A stretch of DNA of 64,000 nt from Methanobacteriota archaeon (GCA_016841665.1 JAENYT010000006.1:35151-99150); one strand, 5' to 3'. Counted from the first letter of the stretch, positions 9,932 through 20,249 are shown. Notes: generated by a model not told the origin, from the sequence alone. Made by a program: numbers and translations.

Positions 9932-11698
9932 CTATCCGCTCCCCTGCTGGCCGTACATCTGGGCGATCTCCTCCGCGCTGGTGGCCTGTTCGGGGCTTTT
10001 TTCCGGCCTCCAGCGGATGAAGCGGGGAAAACGGAGGGCGAATCCCCGTTTTTCCTCCTCATTCCAGTTGCAGGTATGGGCGGGGCTCTGCGTGATCTCC
10101 GATCCGAGCACCTCGATGACGTACTCCGGCGAGAACCAGAAGTCCGGCTCAGATCGTTTCCGAACCTGACACCGGGATGGCTTTTTTTCTCGTCTCGTTG
10201 CCTCCAGCTTCTCCGGGAGCGCTTCCAGCTCTTCATCCGAAAACCCCGTGCCCACACCGCACACCGTCTGGAATACGTCCTCCTCCTCGTTGTAGGCGGC
10301 ACAGAGCACCGAGCCGAAACCGCCGCTCCGCTTTCCCTTCCCGGCCGCAGCACCGATGATCACGAGGTCGAGGGTGTCGGTGAGTTCGGTCTCGTACTCC
10401 TTCTTCCACTTGATCCACTGCCAGGACCGGTTTCCCGGTTCATAGACCGAATCGCTCGCACAGGATTTGCAGATCACGCCCTCCAGCCCCCTCTTCAGGT
10501 TTGACGAGAACGCGTCATGGATCTCCTCAACCGAGGTGCAGACCTTCATGCCTGAGAGGGTGAGGAACTCGGAGGGTGTCAGGATCTCCTTGAGAAGTGC
10601 CCGCCGCTCAGGGTAGGGAGCACTCATCCTCGAATCCCCTTCCAGATAGAGAAGGTCGAATACCACATACCGCACCGGGACTTCGGCCACATACTTCTCC
10701 ACGTGGTACTTTCTCCGCCGGTGCATCAGTTGCTGGAAAGGCTGAAAGATTCCTTCCCCGGCATCATAGGCCACCACCTCGCCGTCGAGGATGGCGGTTT
10801 GTGCAGCAATGCCCGATCTCACCCCTTCAACCACATCGGGGAACTGATCGGTGATATCGGAGAGGCGCCGGGAGAAGAGGCGGACCTCGTCGCCGTCCTT
10901 ATGCGCCTCGATCCGCTCGCCGTCGTACTTCTCCTCCGCCGCAATCCGCGCAGACGAGATCTTCTCCATGATCTCCTCCAGTTTCCCCACACGCTGGGTG
11001 AGCATGGGACGGATGGGCCTGTTGAGGGATACCCGGATCCGTTTTACGCCGGAAAGACCGCTTTGTTTGAGGATTTTCGCCACATGGCCGATATCCGAAC
11101 AGGTGTAGTAGGCATGTTCGAGCACGGGCCTCAGTTCCTTTGAACCGGATACCGCATGCGACATGCCGTCGAGGAGCGTCCGGTCCCCCGCGCCGAGCCG
11201 CATGGTTCCGGTGGCCAGCCGCGTGATGTAGGAGCGTTCCTTCTCATCTGCCGCTGCCAGCATGGCGGCAAGGATGGTCTTCTTTTTCTTCATGGATCCC
11301 GATCCGGACGCGGTCGCGATCTGCATGAGGCCATCGTGGACGTCCTCTACACGCAGCCCGTTATCCACGGCAATATAGTCGCGGAACTCCTCTTTCCACG
11401 GGATCTCGAGATCCGCGGCCAGGGCGCTCAGCGTCCCCTCGTCCCGCACCCACCGGGACACCTCCTCCTCGTCACGCCCCGAGGCGAGGGCGAGGGCGGA
11501 GATCACTGTTTTTTCGCCGAGCCCCAGGTCCACCTCAGCGTATCCGGGCGCAATATCCCCAAGCACGAAGTAACAGACGGTATCGATATCATCCTCAGAA
11601 GCCTCCATGAAGAGTTCTGCGAGGATCTCGGTCATCTCAATCTGGGATGCAGTCGCCTGAAGGCGTTCAAAGAACGAGACGAGCGTGGAAAACTTCAT
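9932..11698 (-). CDS. lig: ATP-dependent DNA ligase
   Basis: Adenylation motif I EEKYDGERIEAH. Further ligase blocks are LDGEVVAY, EGVICK and WIKWKKEY. The archaeal-type N-terminus MKFSTLVSFFERLQ makes me prefer the ATG at 11698 over the GTG at 11707. Confidence 0.92.
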   Translation of the reverse strand: MKFSTLVSFFERLQATASQIEMTEILAELFMEASEDDIDTVCYFVLGDIAPGYAEVDLGLGEKTVISALALASGRDEEEVSRWVRDEGTLSALAADLEIPWKEEFRDYIAVDNGLRVEDVHDGLMQIATASGSGSMKKKKTILAAMLAAADEKERSYITRLATGTMRLGAGDRTLLDGMSHAVSGSKELRPVLEHAYYTCSDIGHVAKILKQSGLSGVKRIRVSLNRPIRPMLTQRVGKLEEIMEKISSARIAAEEKYDGERIEAHKDGDEVRLFSRRLSDITDQFPDVVEGVRSGIAAQTAILDGEVVAYDAGEGIFQPFQQLMHRRRKYHVEKYVAEVPVRYVVFDLLYLEGDSRMSAPYPERRALLKEILTPSEFLTLSGMKVCTSVEEIHDAFSSNLKRGLEGVICKSCASDSVYEPGNRSWQWIKWKKEYETELTDTLDLVIIGAAAGKGKRSGGFGSVLCAAYNEEEDVFQTVCGVGTGFSDEELEALPEKLEATRREKKPSRCQVRKRSEPDFWFSPEYVIEVLGSEITQSPAHTCNWNEEEKRGFALRFPRFIRWRPEKSPEQATSAEEIAQMYGQQGSG

Positions 11699-11912
11699 GG
11701 GGGGCACTCTCCGTGTCAGGAGGCAACCTCAAGGTATTTATGGGTTGGTGCATCCCGGAGGCGGCGCGCTGGATGAACCGGCGGGGGCCATGCGTCTGCA
11801 CTTCTTTGCTCCGCATACCAGCGCCAGCCCTGGCTACCGCTCCCGAAGGCCCGCAAGGCTCCCCGCACAAACACTTATGCCAGATAGGGGGAATACTCCG
11901 GCGGTGAACACC

Positions 11913-12071
11913 ATGCGTGGCATTCGCTATGGAGAAGGAAGAAGGCGGCGCGGGATTCCGCCGGTGCGGTGCGTCTGCCCACAGTGCGGGTATACCGTCA
12001 TAAAAACCGCCGCAATGCCCTGCCGGAGCCTGAGATGTCCCCAGTGCGGCATGTACCTGGTGGGGGAGTGA
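11913..12071 (+). CDS. small zinc-ribbon protein (two CxxC-type pairs)
   Basis: 52 aa: MRGIRYGEGRRRRGIPPVRCVCPQCGYTVIKTAAMPCRSLRCPQCGMYLVGE. An alternative ATG lies at 11877. It sits 127 nt upstream of the Cu-ATPase on the same strand. Supported only by the Cys pattern. Confidence 0.35.
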   Translation: MRGIRYGEGRRRRGIPPVRCVCPQCGYTVIKTAAMPCRSLRCPQCGMYLVGE

Positions 12072-12198
12072 ACGCCGGGCATTCATAGCACAACGGATCT
12101 GGTCTGAATATAATCTGCAACAGGCGACATCTGGCTGATTTCGGTCATGGCGAGGGAAGGACGCAAAAGAGTGGCGATGCGCCGGAAAGGGATCTGAT

Positions 12199-14172
12199 AT
12201 GAACGGGCAGGGGCACGCATCCCACCACGAGATGATGATCGAGGACTTCAAGCGGCGCTTTCTCGTATCCTTCGCCCTGACCATCCCCATCCTGATCCTC
12301 TCTCCGCAGATCCAGGAGTGGGTCGGGCTCGGGGATTCCCTCAGGTTCCCCGGCGATCTCGTCCTGCTCTTCCTCCTCTCATCGATCGTGTTCTTCTATG
12401 GAGGGTACCCGTTTTACCGGGGCCTCTATAACGAACTGAAGGCACGCCGGCCGGGAATGATGACCCTGATCGGTGTGGCGATTATCAACGCCTACGCGTA
12501 CTCGACCATCGTGGTCTTCGAATTGTTCGGGATCTCGGGCAAGATCTTCTACTGGGAGCTCGCCACCCTGATCGACGTGATGCTGCTCGGGCACTGGATG
12601 GAGATGCGGTCGGTTATAGGGGCCTCGAAAGCGCTGGAGGAGCTGGCGCAGCTGATGCCCTCCATCGCCCACAAGGTGATGCCGGACGGTGATCTTGCCG
12701 ATGTCCCGCTCGAGGAGATCGCACGCGGCGACCGCGTCGTCGTCAAACCCGGCGAACGGGTCCCCGCGGACGGGCAGGTCGTGGAAGGCGCCTCCTCGGT
12801 GGACGAGTCGATGGTCACCGGTGAGTCACGCCCCGTTGCCAAGGAGCCGGAGGATGAGGTGATCGGCGGATCGTTGAACGGGGAAGGATCGATCACCGTT
12901 GAAGTGCAGAAGACGGGAAAGGATTCGTTTATCTCGCAGGTGATCGAGCTCGTGGACGAGGCGCAGGCGGCGAAGTCGCAGACGCAGAATCTGGCGGACC
13001 GTGCCGCATTCTGGCTCACCATCATCGCCCTCAGCGCGGGGCTGATCACCCTGATCGTATGGTATGCGGCGGTGGGGAGCGAGTTTGTCTTCGCACTGGA
13101 GCGCAGCGTGACGGTGATGGTCATCACCTGCCCGCATGCACTCGGGCTTGCCATCCCGCTCGTCGTCACGGTTTCGACCGCACTTGCCGCACAGCAGGGG
13201 TTTTTGATCCGCAACCGCACCTCGTTTGAGAACGCCAGGAACCTCCAGGCGGTGGTCTTTGACAAGACCGGGACGCTCACCGAAGGGCAGTTCGGGGTGA
13301 CCGACACGGTGAAGCTGGCCGGCGAGTGCGACGAGGAGCGGCTGCTCATGTATGCCGGATCGCTGGAGCAGTTCTCGGAGCACCCGATCGCGAAGGCAAT
13401 CGCGGAGGCTGCATCTGACCATCTCGCGGTCGATGGGTTCGAGTCGATCCCCGGCAAAGGGGTGCGGGGGACAATCGATGGTGCGGAGGTTCTCGTGGTG
13501 AGTCCGGGGTACCTCCGGGAGCAGGGGCTGGATGCCGGGGATGAACGGGTTTCCCGCCTCTCATCGCAGGGCAAGACGGTGGTCTACGTGCTCATCGACA
13601 GGGAGGTCTGCGGAGCCGTCGCACTCGCCGATGTGATCCGTGAGGAATCGCGCCAGGCGATCGACACCCTGAAGGAGAGCGGGATCCGCTGCATGATGCT
13701 CACGGGTGACAAGCAGGAGGTGGCGGCATGGGTCTCGGAGGAACTCGCGCTGGACGAGTATTTCGCCGAGGTGCTCCCCCAGGAGAAGGCAGAGAAGATC
13801 AAGGAGATCCAGTCGCGGGGTTTTGTGGTGGCCATGGTGGGCGACGGGGTGAACGATGCCCCGGCACTTGCCCAGGCGGACGTGGGCATCGCCATCGGGG
13901 CCGGAACCGATGTGGCGCTGGAGGCGGCCGACATTATCCTGGTGAAAAACAACCCGAACGACGTGGCCTCGGTGATCGGGCTGGGGAGGGCGACCTACAA
14001 AAAGATGGTGCAGAACCTGCTGTGGGCGACCGGGTACAACGCAGTGGCAATCCCGCTCGCCGCGGGGGTCCTCTACGGGGCAGGAATCTTGCTCACGCCT
14101 GCGGTGGGGGCGTTCCTGATGTCCCTCTCCACCGTGATCGTGGCCGTGAACGCACAACTCCTCAGGGTGTGA
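12199..14172 (+). CDS. copB: heavy-metal P-type ATPase, P1B-3 (CopB-like, CPH motif)
   Basis: TM6 motif VITCPHALGLAIP. Phosphorylation site FDKTGTLTEG. Also HPIAKAI and the hinge MVGDGVNDAPALAQAD. Short His-containing N-terminus MNGQGHASHHEMM and no HMA (CxxC) domain. Confidence 0.9.
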   Translation: MNGQGHASHHEMMIEDFKRRFLVSFALTIPILILSPQIQEWVGLGDSLRFPGDLVLLFLLSSIVFFYGGYPFYRGLYNELKARRPGMMTLIGVAIINAYAYSTIVVFELFGISGKIFYWELATLIDVMLLGHWMEMRSVIGASKALEELAQLMPSIAHKVMPDGDLADVPLEEIARGDRVVVKPGERVPADGQVVEGASSVDESMVTGESRPVAKEPEDEVIGGSLNGEGSITVEVQKTGKDSFISQVIELVDEAQAAKSQTQNLADRAAFWLTIIALSAGLITLIVWYAAVGSEFVFALERSVTVMVITCPHALGLAIPLVVTVSTALAAQQGFLIRNRTSFENARNLQAVVFDKTGTLTEGQFGVTDTVKLAGECDEERLLMYAGSLEQFSEHPIAKAIAEAASDHLAVDGFESIPGKGVRGTIDGAEVLVVSPGYLREQGLDAGDERVSRLSSQGKTVVYVLIDREVCGAVALADVIREESRQAIDTLKESGIRCMMLTGDKQEVAAWVSEELALDEYFAEVLPQEKAEKIKEIQSRGFVVAMVGDGVNDAPALAQADVGIAIGAGTDVALEAADIILVKNNPNDVASVIGLGRATYKKMVQNLLWATGYNAVAIPLAAGVLYGAGILLTPAVGAFLMSLSTVIVAVNAQLLRV

Positions 14173-14214
14173 TCCCTGTTCCCGGGTGCATACGGACGCC
14201 ACCGCATAGTCTCG

Positions 14215-14222
14215 TTTTTTTT
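14215..14222 (+). terminator. oligo-T tract (T8) downstream of copB
   Basis: TTTTTTTT lies 43 nt after the copB stop. Archaeal RNA polymerase terminates at such T-runs. Confidence 0.4.
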
Positions 14223-14581
14223 CGGCGCCGAGAGGGGCCATCCGGCAGCATGCCCTGTGCGCTCGCGGTGTGGAAACCCTGTGCCGCTAGCATCCGGGGC
14301 GGGTGTTCCGGCCTGCGCAATCGGTGCATGCACGTGCATCGCCGGCGATCCGCGGGCTGGATTGTCGCCGTACCCGTCGGCCTGAAATGCCCCGAATTCG
14401 TCCTCCGCACACCCGAAAACCGCGTCTGCTCGTCTCCCGGAGCGTGCGGGAGCATACGCGCATGGTGGCGCGAATCTGCCTGAGAGCAGGGCCCCCACTC
14501 ACCAGTATACCGGGGATCCCACCCTTCGGTGCAGGGGTATTCCTGATTCTTAAATAGATCCTGGATCTAAGGTGTATAGTC

Positions 14582-15760
14582 ATGAACAGCGAGATTCTGT
14601 CATCAATCGAGTTCCAGATGGCTCTCCTTCTCTTCATTGCGCTCGCCGGGTACCTCCTTGCCACCCGGATCAACCAGTCCGCGGTTGTCGGGGAAATTCT
14701 CGTCGGCCTCATTATCGGCCCGAGCATACTCGGATGGATCACCTACACCGACTTCGTCCAGACGCTCGCGGGCTTGGGAGCCGTAATACTCCTTTTCGTC
14801 ATAGGATTTGAGTTCAAAATCGAGGAACTCCTGAATTATAAATATGCAATCATCGGGCTTATCGGCATCATCATTCCCTGGATAGGGGGCTATTTTACCG
14901 CCCTTTTTTTTGGTTTTGATGCGTCAAGTTCAATTTTTGTGGGGACTGCCCTCACCGCAACGAGTATTGCGATCACCGCGAACGTCCTCAAGGAAATCGG
15001 AGTGCTGCAGAGTGAGGTTGCCACTGCGATCATCGCCACCGCAGTGATTGACGACGTGCTCAGCCTGATGGCACTCTCGATCACGACCGATGTGGTGGCC
15101 GGCAGTCTCAGTGTCCTCAGCGTGGGACTGATCCTCATCAAGGAGATCGGATTCCTTGTCATTGCCGGGGCGATCGGGATACGGTTCATTGCACCCCTCC
15201 TCGAAAAAGTTGATAAGACCGCGATTGCCGTGCAATATCCCGAAGTACCTTTTATTTTCGCAATGATGGTAGCGTTCCTCTACGCGGTGATTGCGGAATT
15301 AATGGGGATTTCCGGTATCATCGGGGCATTTGTTGCCGGGGTGTCTCTGGGCAGCGTGAAACTGGTTCACAGCAGGAGCATCTACGAAAGTGCGGAGTCA
15401 CTGTACATCATCTTTGCATCGATTTTCTTCATCTCATTGGGAATCCTTGTCGATATCCATGCGATTTCGGAGCAAACGGTAGTCTTTCTCATAGTTCTGA
15501 CCGCAATCGCCATCATCACGAAAGTCATTGGATGCGGCCTTCCTGCAAAAATCATGGGAATGAACTGGAGGGATTCAATGATTCTCGGATTCGGCATGTC
15601 GCCCCGGGGTGAAGTGGCAATGATTGTCGCACTCCTCGGCCTCAACATGAACCTCATCGGACAGGACATTTTCGCCACCATCGTGATGATGAGCTTGCTC
15701 ACGACCGTCTTTACCCCGATTATCTACCGAAACTGGTTCTATAAGAATGCCGTTACGTGA
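14582..15760 (+). CDS. cation:proton antiporter (CPA2 / Kef-NapA type)
   Basis: 392 aa and about 11-12 TM. The N-terminus LLLFIALAGYLLATRINQSAVVGEILVGLIIGPSILG is typical of Na+/H+ exchanger family proteins. The later block ELMGISGIIGAFVAGVSLG matches the conserved family core. Confidence 0.85.
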   Translation: MNSEILSSIEFQMALLLFIALAGYLLATRINQSAVVGEILVGLIIGPSILGWITYTDFVQTLAGLGAVILLFVIGFEFKIEELLNYKYAIIGLIGIIIPWIGGYFTALFFGFDASSSIFVGTALTATSIAITANVLKEIGVLQSEVATAIIATAVIDDVLSLMALSITTDVVAGSLSVLSVGLILIKEIGFLVIAGAIGIRFIAPLLEKVDKTAIAVQYPEVPFIFAMMVAFLYAVIAELMGISGIIGAFVAGVSLGSVKLVHSRSIYESAESLYIIFASIFFISLGILVDIHAISEQTVVFLIVLTAIAIITKVIGCGLPAKIMGMNWRDSMILGFGMSPRGEVAMIVALLGLNMNLIGQDIFATIVMMSLLTTVFTPIIYRNWFYKNAVT

Positions 15761-15972
15761 TACGGCAAATTATCTCTTTTTCGGTAAATCATCCATATTC
15801 CCGACCCATGGCAGCCGGTCCCGCCCGGGCATGGTCGCCGGCGTGTCCCGCCGGCAGCACCGGCCTGTTCCGGATCACCCCTCCCCCACTGGGCCGGACG
15901 TCCGATGCGCACGAACGAAGGGAGCCACCCGTTCACCATTCCCTGATGTATGGGCACTCTTTTTTGCACTAT

Positions 15973-16437
15973 TCAGGGAACCACCAGGGTTGCGACCTTG
16001 CTGTGCTGCACTGCATAGGAGCTCACGCTCCCGAGCAGCAACAGCGCGATCCCCCCTCTGCCGCGTGAGCCCATGACGATGAGATCGGCATCGATGATCC
16101 CTGCAAACCGTAAAATCTCTTCCCGTGGATCTCCGATCTTTTGATGCGTGCGCACCGGCATGGAAAACTCCGCGGCAATATCGGCGATCCGTTTCTCCAT
16201 CTTTGCACTCTCTTCTTTGATGGTGCGGGCAAACGTCTCCAGTGCGGGATCTTCCCTGACGCCCAGGCGCGAGACTCCAGAGGAGATTCCGGGGAAATCC
16301 CCGGGTTTAAAGACGTATATCGCATGAATCTCTATATTCAGTGCTTTTCCTATCTCGAGCGCGGTCCTCAGGGCACGTTCCGAGGGTTCCGAACCATCAA
16401 ATGCGGCGAGAATTTTCGACACCATAGCTCTCGGCAC
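15973..16437 (-). CDS. universal stress protein (UspA family)
   Basis: KILAAFDGSEPSERAL at the N-terminus and the C-terminal ATP-binding block DLIVMGSRGRGGIALLLLGSVSSYAVQHSKVATLVV. Confidence 0.85.
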   Translation of the reverse strand: MPRAMVSKILAAFDGSEPSERALRTALEIGKALNIEIHAIYVFKPGDFPGISSGVSRLGVREDPALETFARTIKEESAKMEKRIADIAAEFSMPVRTHQKIGDPREEILRFAGIIDADLIVMGSRGRGGIALLLLGSVSSYAVQHSKVATLVVP

Positions 16438-16612
16438 TGAAGATAGGGAAGAGGCACATTAAAACTTCCCCCCGGAGTGGCCGGGTATCGGTTGATCGCC
16501 CGGCACCCCCGGTCGCCGGGAGCGGAGGAAACCTCATCCCGTGCCCCATCGGCACTCCGATACCTTTAATTATCACATAGCTGGTGTAAAGCTCTTAAGT
16601 GCCCGGGATCGC

Positions 16613-19312
16613 ATGAATCTGTATTCACTCCAGAAAGAGGACATTCTTTCACGTCTCAACACCTCTGAATCCGGACTCGAGGAGCAGGAGGTCGAACGAC
16701 GACTGTTTGAGGTTGGCCTGAACGAAATCGAGAAACGGAAGAAGAAAAACTATCTCAAAGAATATGTTCTGCAGTACACCCAGTTTTTCGCGATCCTCCT
16801 CGAAGTAGCCGCAGTCCTCTCGTTTATTGCCGATTACTACGCTCCAGGCGAAGGGTTTGATATCCTCGGCTACGCCATCCTCGGGGCTGTCATCATCAAC
16901 GCGACCTTCGCGTTCTGGCAGGAGTACAAAGCGGACAAAACGGTGGAGGCTCTCCTCAAGCTGATCCCCACCCTTGTTAAAGTGCGGCGGGATGGTGAGA
17001 CACGGGAGGTGAATGCCAGGATTATTGTACCGGGCGATGTGCTCATCATCGAGGAAGGGGACAGGATTGCCGCGGATGCGGTGATTCTTGAGGCAAATTC
17101 ACTCTACGTGAATAATGCAACTCTCACCGGCGAGGCACGGCCGGCCAGGCGCATTGATGAGCGGGATATGAGCGAATCCATCCTCGATGCACGGAATGTC
17201 ATTTTCGCGGGGACCACGGTCACCTCGGGCAACGGCCTGGCGGTCGTGTATGCCACAGGAACAGAGACGGAGTTCGGGAAGATCGCTTCGCTCACCAGAG
17301 AGGTGGAAAAGAGGCGCACTCCCATGCAGATAGAGATCATCCGCATCACCCGCATCCTCACCTTTGCCGCACTCCTGATGGGCGTGGTCTTTTTCATTCT
17401 CGGTTATCTCTCTGGTCAGGGGTTTCTCGTCGCGGCGATATTTGCGCTTTCGCTGATCGTTGCCAACGTGCCTGAGGGGATGCTCCCTACCATTACCCTT
17501 TCACTTTCTCTCGCAAGTCGCAATATGGCGCGAAGAAACGCCCTGATAAAAAACCTGGACTCGGTCCAGACCCTCGGCAGCGCCACGGTCATCTGCACCG
17601 ACAAGACGGGAACAATCACCCGCAATGAGATGACTCTCAAGGAAATCTATCTCTCGAGCGGAGAGGAGATCTCGGTTTCCGGCGAGGGCTACTACCAGAG
17701 CGGAGAATTCACCATTCAAAATGAAACACCGGCATCTATGGAGAGGTTGCGGTTTTTTCTCACCGCAGGCATGCTAAACTGCCGGGCCGCCATTCAGGAA
17801 TATCAGGTATTTGGCGATCCGACAGAACTCTCCATCGTTGCGGCAGCAAGGAAAGCGGATATCGATACGAGCGGCTACACCAAATGCAGGGAGATCCCGT
17901 TTTCCAGTGAACGCAAAATGATGTCCACCTTATACGAAAAGGATGGAAAATCCTTCATTTTTTCCAAAGGTGCGGTTGAAGTTCTGGTTCCGCTCTCGGA
18001 CTTCTATATCAACGAAGACGGGGAGGCAAGGCCCTTCCGCGAGAAGGAGAAGGAAGAGTTCGTTGCCCGGGCCGAAGTGTTCGAGCGGGAAGCCTATCGC
18101 GTCCTCGCCGTCGCCTACGGATCGGAGCAGGAGGAACGCGGCCTGACCATGCTGGGCCTCATTGCCATCATGGATCTCCCGAGGGAAGAGGTCTACGATG
18201 CGGTGAAAAAATGTCACAGGGCGGGCATCCGTGTGCTCATGCTCACCGGAGACAATCCCCTCACCGCGGAGGCAATTGCACAAAAGATCGGGCTTGATGT
18301 GGATGTGGTGCTCACCGGCGACGATACGCGGAAGATGCCCGATGAAGACCTGCAGGAACTTCTCACCGCACAAAATGTGCTCTTCGCGAGGATGAGGTCT
18401 GAGCATAAGCTGCGGATCGCCATGCTCCTCCAGAACATCGGGGAGGTGGTGGCCATGACCGGGGACGGGGTGAATGACGCCCCTGCCCTCCGGAAGTCCG
18501 ATATCGGGATATCGATGGGGATCAAGGGAACGGAGGTGGCAAAGGAGGCGGCGGACATGATCCTCCTTGACGACAACTTCGCCTCCATCGTCGCGGCAAT
18601 CGAGGAGGGACGGACGGTCTACTTCAACATCAAGAAATTCGTCACCTATATCCTCTCCTCCAACGTTCCGGAAATCGTCCCCTACATTCTGTTTTTCTTC
18701 CTTCGCATCCCGCTCCCCCTCTCCGTCATCCAGATCCTGACCATCGATCTCGGTTCCGACATGGTGCCCGGACTCGCCCTCGGGAGCGAGGCGCCGGAGG
18801 AGGATATCATGCGGCGGCCTCCGGTGGGAAAACACGAGCGCATTCTGGACAGGGAAGTGTTTAAACGAGGATATGCCTTTCTTGGCGCAATTGAGGGGAC
18901 CGCAGCGATGTTCGCTTTCCTCGGGTTTCTCTTCCTGAACGGGTGGCAATACGGCGACCTCTCCATCACCAATACCGAATTTCATCGCCAGGCGATGACC
19001 ATGACGCTCCTCGGAGCGATCAGCTGCCAGCTCTTCAATGCATGGACCCTGCGGTCGTGGGAATTCTCTGCGTTCAGCAGGGGATTGCTGAAAAACAAAT
19101 TATTGATCCTGGCGATCGTGCTCGAGCTCATCTGGATCTATACCCTCCTCAACGTGGGAGCCGTACAATTCATCTTCAATACCGCCCATGTGCCGTCGAT
19201 ATATCTCCTGCTGCTGGTCCCGTTCCCCATTCTGCTTTTTGCAAGCCATGAACTGTACAAGTACCGAATCCGGCAGAGAAGAACGCAGGGGGACGGGTCT
19301 GTGCCGGATTGA
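16613..19312 (+). CDS. cation-transporting P-type ATPase (P2 type, Ca2+/Na+-like)
   Basis: ICTDKTGTITRNEM (phosphorylation site), TGEARP, MLTGDNPLTA, AMTGDGVNDAPALRKSDIGISMG, and the N-terminal cation-ATPase domain LNTSESGLEEQEVERRLFEVGLNEIE. I prefer the ATG at 16613 over the GTG at 16541. Confidence 0.9.
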   Translation: MNLYSLQKEDILSRLNTSESGLEEQEVERRLFEVGLNEIEKRKKKNYLKEYVLQYTQFFAILLEVAAVLSFIADYYAPGEGFDILGYAILGAVIINATFAFWQEYKADKTVEALLKLIPTLVKVRRDGETREVNARIIVPGDVLIIEEGDRIAADAVILEANSLYVNNATLTGEARPARRIDERDMSESILDARNVIFAGTTVTSGNGLAVVYATGTETEFGKIASLTREVEKRRTPMQIEIIRITRILTFAALLMGVVFFILGYLSGQGFLVAAIFALSLIVANVPEGMLPTITLSLSLASRNMARRNALIKNLDSVQTLGSATVICTDKTGTITRNEMTLKEIYLSSGEEISVSGEGYYQSGEFTIQNETPASMERLRFFLTAGMLNCRAAIQEYQVFGDPTELSIVAAARKADIDTSGYTKCREIPFSSERKMMSTLYEKDGKSFIFSKGAVEVLVPLSDFYINEDGEARPFREKEKEEFVARAEVFEREAYRVLAVAYGSEQEERGLTMLGLIAIMDLPREEVYDAVKKCHRAGIRVLMLTGDNPLTAEAIAQKIGLDVDVVLTGDDTRKMPDEDLQELLTAQNVLFARMRSEHKLRIAMLLQNIGEVVAMTGDGVNDAPALRKSDIGISMGIKGTEVAKEAADMILLDDNFASIVAAIEEGRTVYFNIKKFVTYILSSNVPEIVPYILFFFLRIPLPLSVIQILTIDLGSDMVPGLALGSEAPEEDIMRRPPVGKHERILDREVFKRGYAFLGAIEGTAAMFAFLGFLFLNGWQYGDLSITNTEFHRQAMTMTLLGAISCQLFNAWTLRSWEFSAFSRGLLKNKLLILAIVLELIWIYTLLNVGAVQFIFNTAHVPSIYLLLLVPFPILLFASHELYKYRIRQRRTQGDGSVPD

Positions 19313-19344
19313 GAATGGTGAGACGGGGGTTCACGATGACCGGC

Positions 19345-20022
19345 TCAGAGCCTTCGGTATGCAGGACAGGCCAGTTCGCAGACCCGGCAATGGCTGACAG
19401 TACCTTTCTTGCCGCTTTTTTCCGCCTCCATACGGGACATGCAGCGGGTTCGTGAATACCTTCCCCCTTCCAGCGCGTGCTGGGGGCACTGCGTCTCGCA
19501 GGGGTGATCGCAGGTCTCGCAGGGGGATTCGATGGCGGGGCGGACGGGTGGTTCCGAGTCCATGTCAACCCACAGCGCCCTGAACCGGAGACGCGGCCCG
19601 AACTCGGGGGTGATCACCAGGTTGTTCCTCCCGATGCAGCCGAGACCGGCAAGCACCGCGGCATCCTTGAGGTAGATCCCGCCTTCGTCCACCTGGTAGG
19701 GGATGTCCCGGGCTTCGATGCCGTGTGTTTCCCCCAACCAGGCCACAAGCTCCCGGTTGATCCGCCTGAGCATGCGGTTGCCCGGGGTGCTCCGCCCCTC
19801 CTCCCACAAGTCCATCTCCGGCTTTTGCGGATCATGGTACAGCCCGAGCACGACGATGGTGCCGGAGAAGGTCGAAAATCCCTGCGGCCCTGCCGCCCGT
19901 GCGGAGGGGCAGTCCTTGAGGGCTGCTGCGGGAACGTAACCCGCCACGCTCGCGCCCAGCTCGAGCGCCTTGTTCAGGGTATCGGCGAGGATCTGTGGTG
20001 CACGGCTCATGCTATCACGCAT
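19345..20022 (-). CDS. QueG / reductive-dehalogenase-related Fe-S protein (epoxyqueuosine reductase-like)
   Basis: Block LKDAAVLAGLGCIGRNNLVITPEFGPRLRF resembles the QueG core. C-terminal Cys clusters are CETCDHPCETQCP and CRVCELACP. The start is uncertain (20022 or 20010). The upstream 58 codons of the track ORF look non-coding. Confidence 0.6.
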   Translation of the reverse strand: MRDSMSRAPQILADTLNKALELGASVAGYVPAAALKDCPSARAAGPQGFSTFSGTIVVLGLYHDPQKPEMDLWEEGRSTPGNRMLRRINRELVAWLGETHGIEARDIPYQVDEGGIYLKDAAVLAGLGCIGRNNLVITPEFGPRLRFRALWVDMDSEPPVRPAIESPCETCDHPCETQCPQHALEGGRYSRTRCMSRMEAEKSGKKGTVSHCRVCELACPAYRRL

Positions 20023-20249
20023 CCCAGGCACAGGACCGCGAGTATGCCGTAGAGAGGTTTCGGACTCATCATGCAGCACCGCATACCGTTTCGGATAGCA
20101 AATCCATGGGGGGAAGGCCCCAAATACATTTCGCAGCGGAGAGACGAAGGTGAGGGCTGCAACAGGAACGGTCGAATACCATGCCGGAGAACCCACGCAA
20201 CAAAACCAATGGTTCTATTAATCCCCGCCCGAAAACCTTCCCGTGTTCC

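Noticed and set aside
12549-13574. 341-aa minus ORF; similar shadows at 17930..18985, 23033..24220, 24605..25552, 29656..30927, 35018..35986, 48813..49523, 52800..53606 and 58081..58947
   Set aside because: All lie antisense to or off-frame from genes with unambiguous motifs (P-type ATPases, kinases, ABC permease, propeller, MATE), and all have Ser/Arg/Pro/Gly-biased composition.
14173-14581. 400-bp GC-rich gap after copB with Cys-rich and Arg-rich ORF fragments on both strands
   Set aside because: No frame has coding-like composition or a plausible start context. I treat it as non-coding or a decayed remnant, and it is mentioned under the copB neighbourhood finding.
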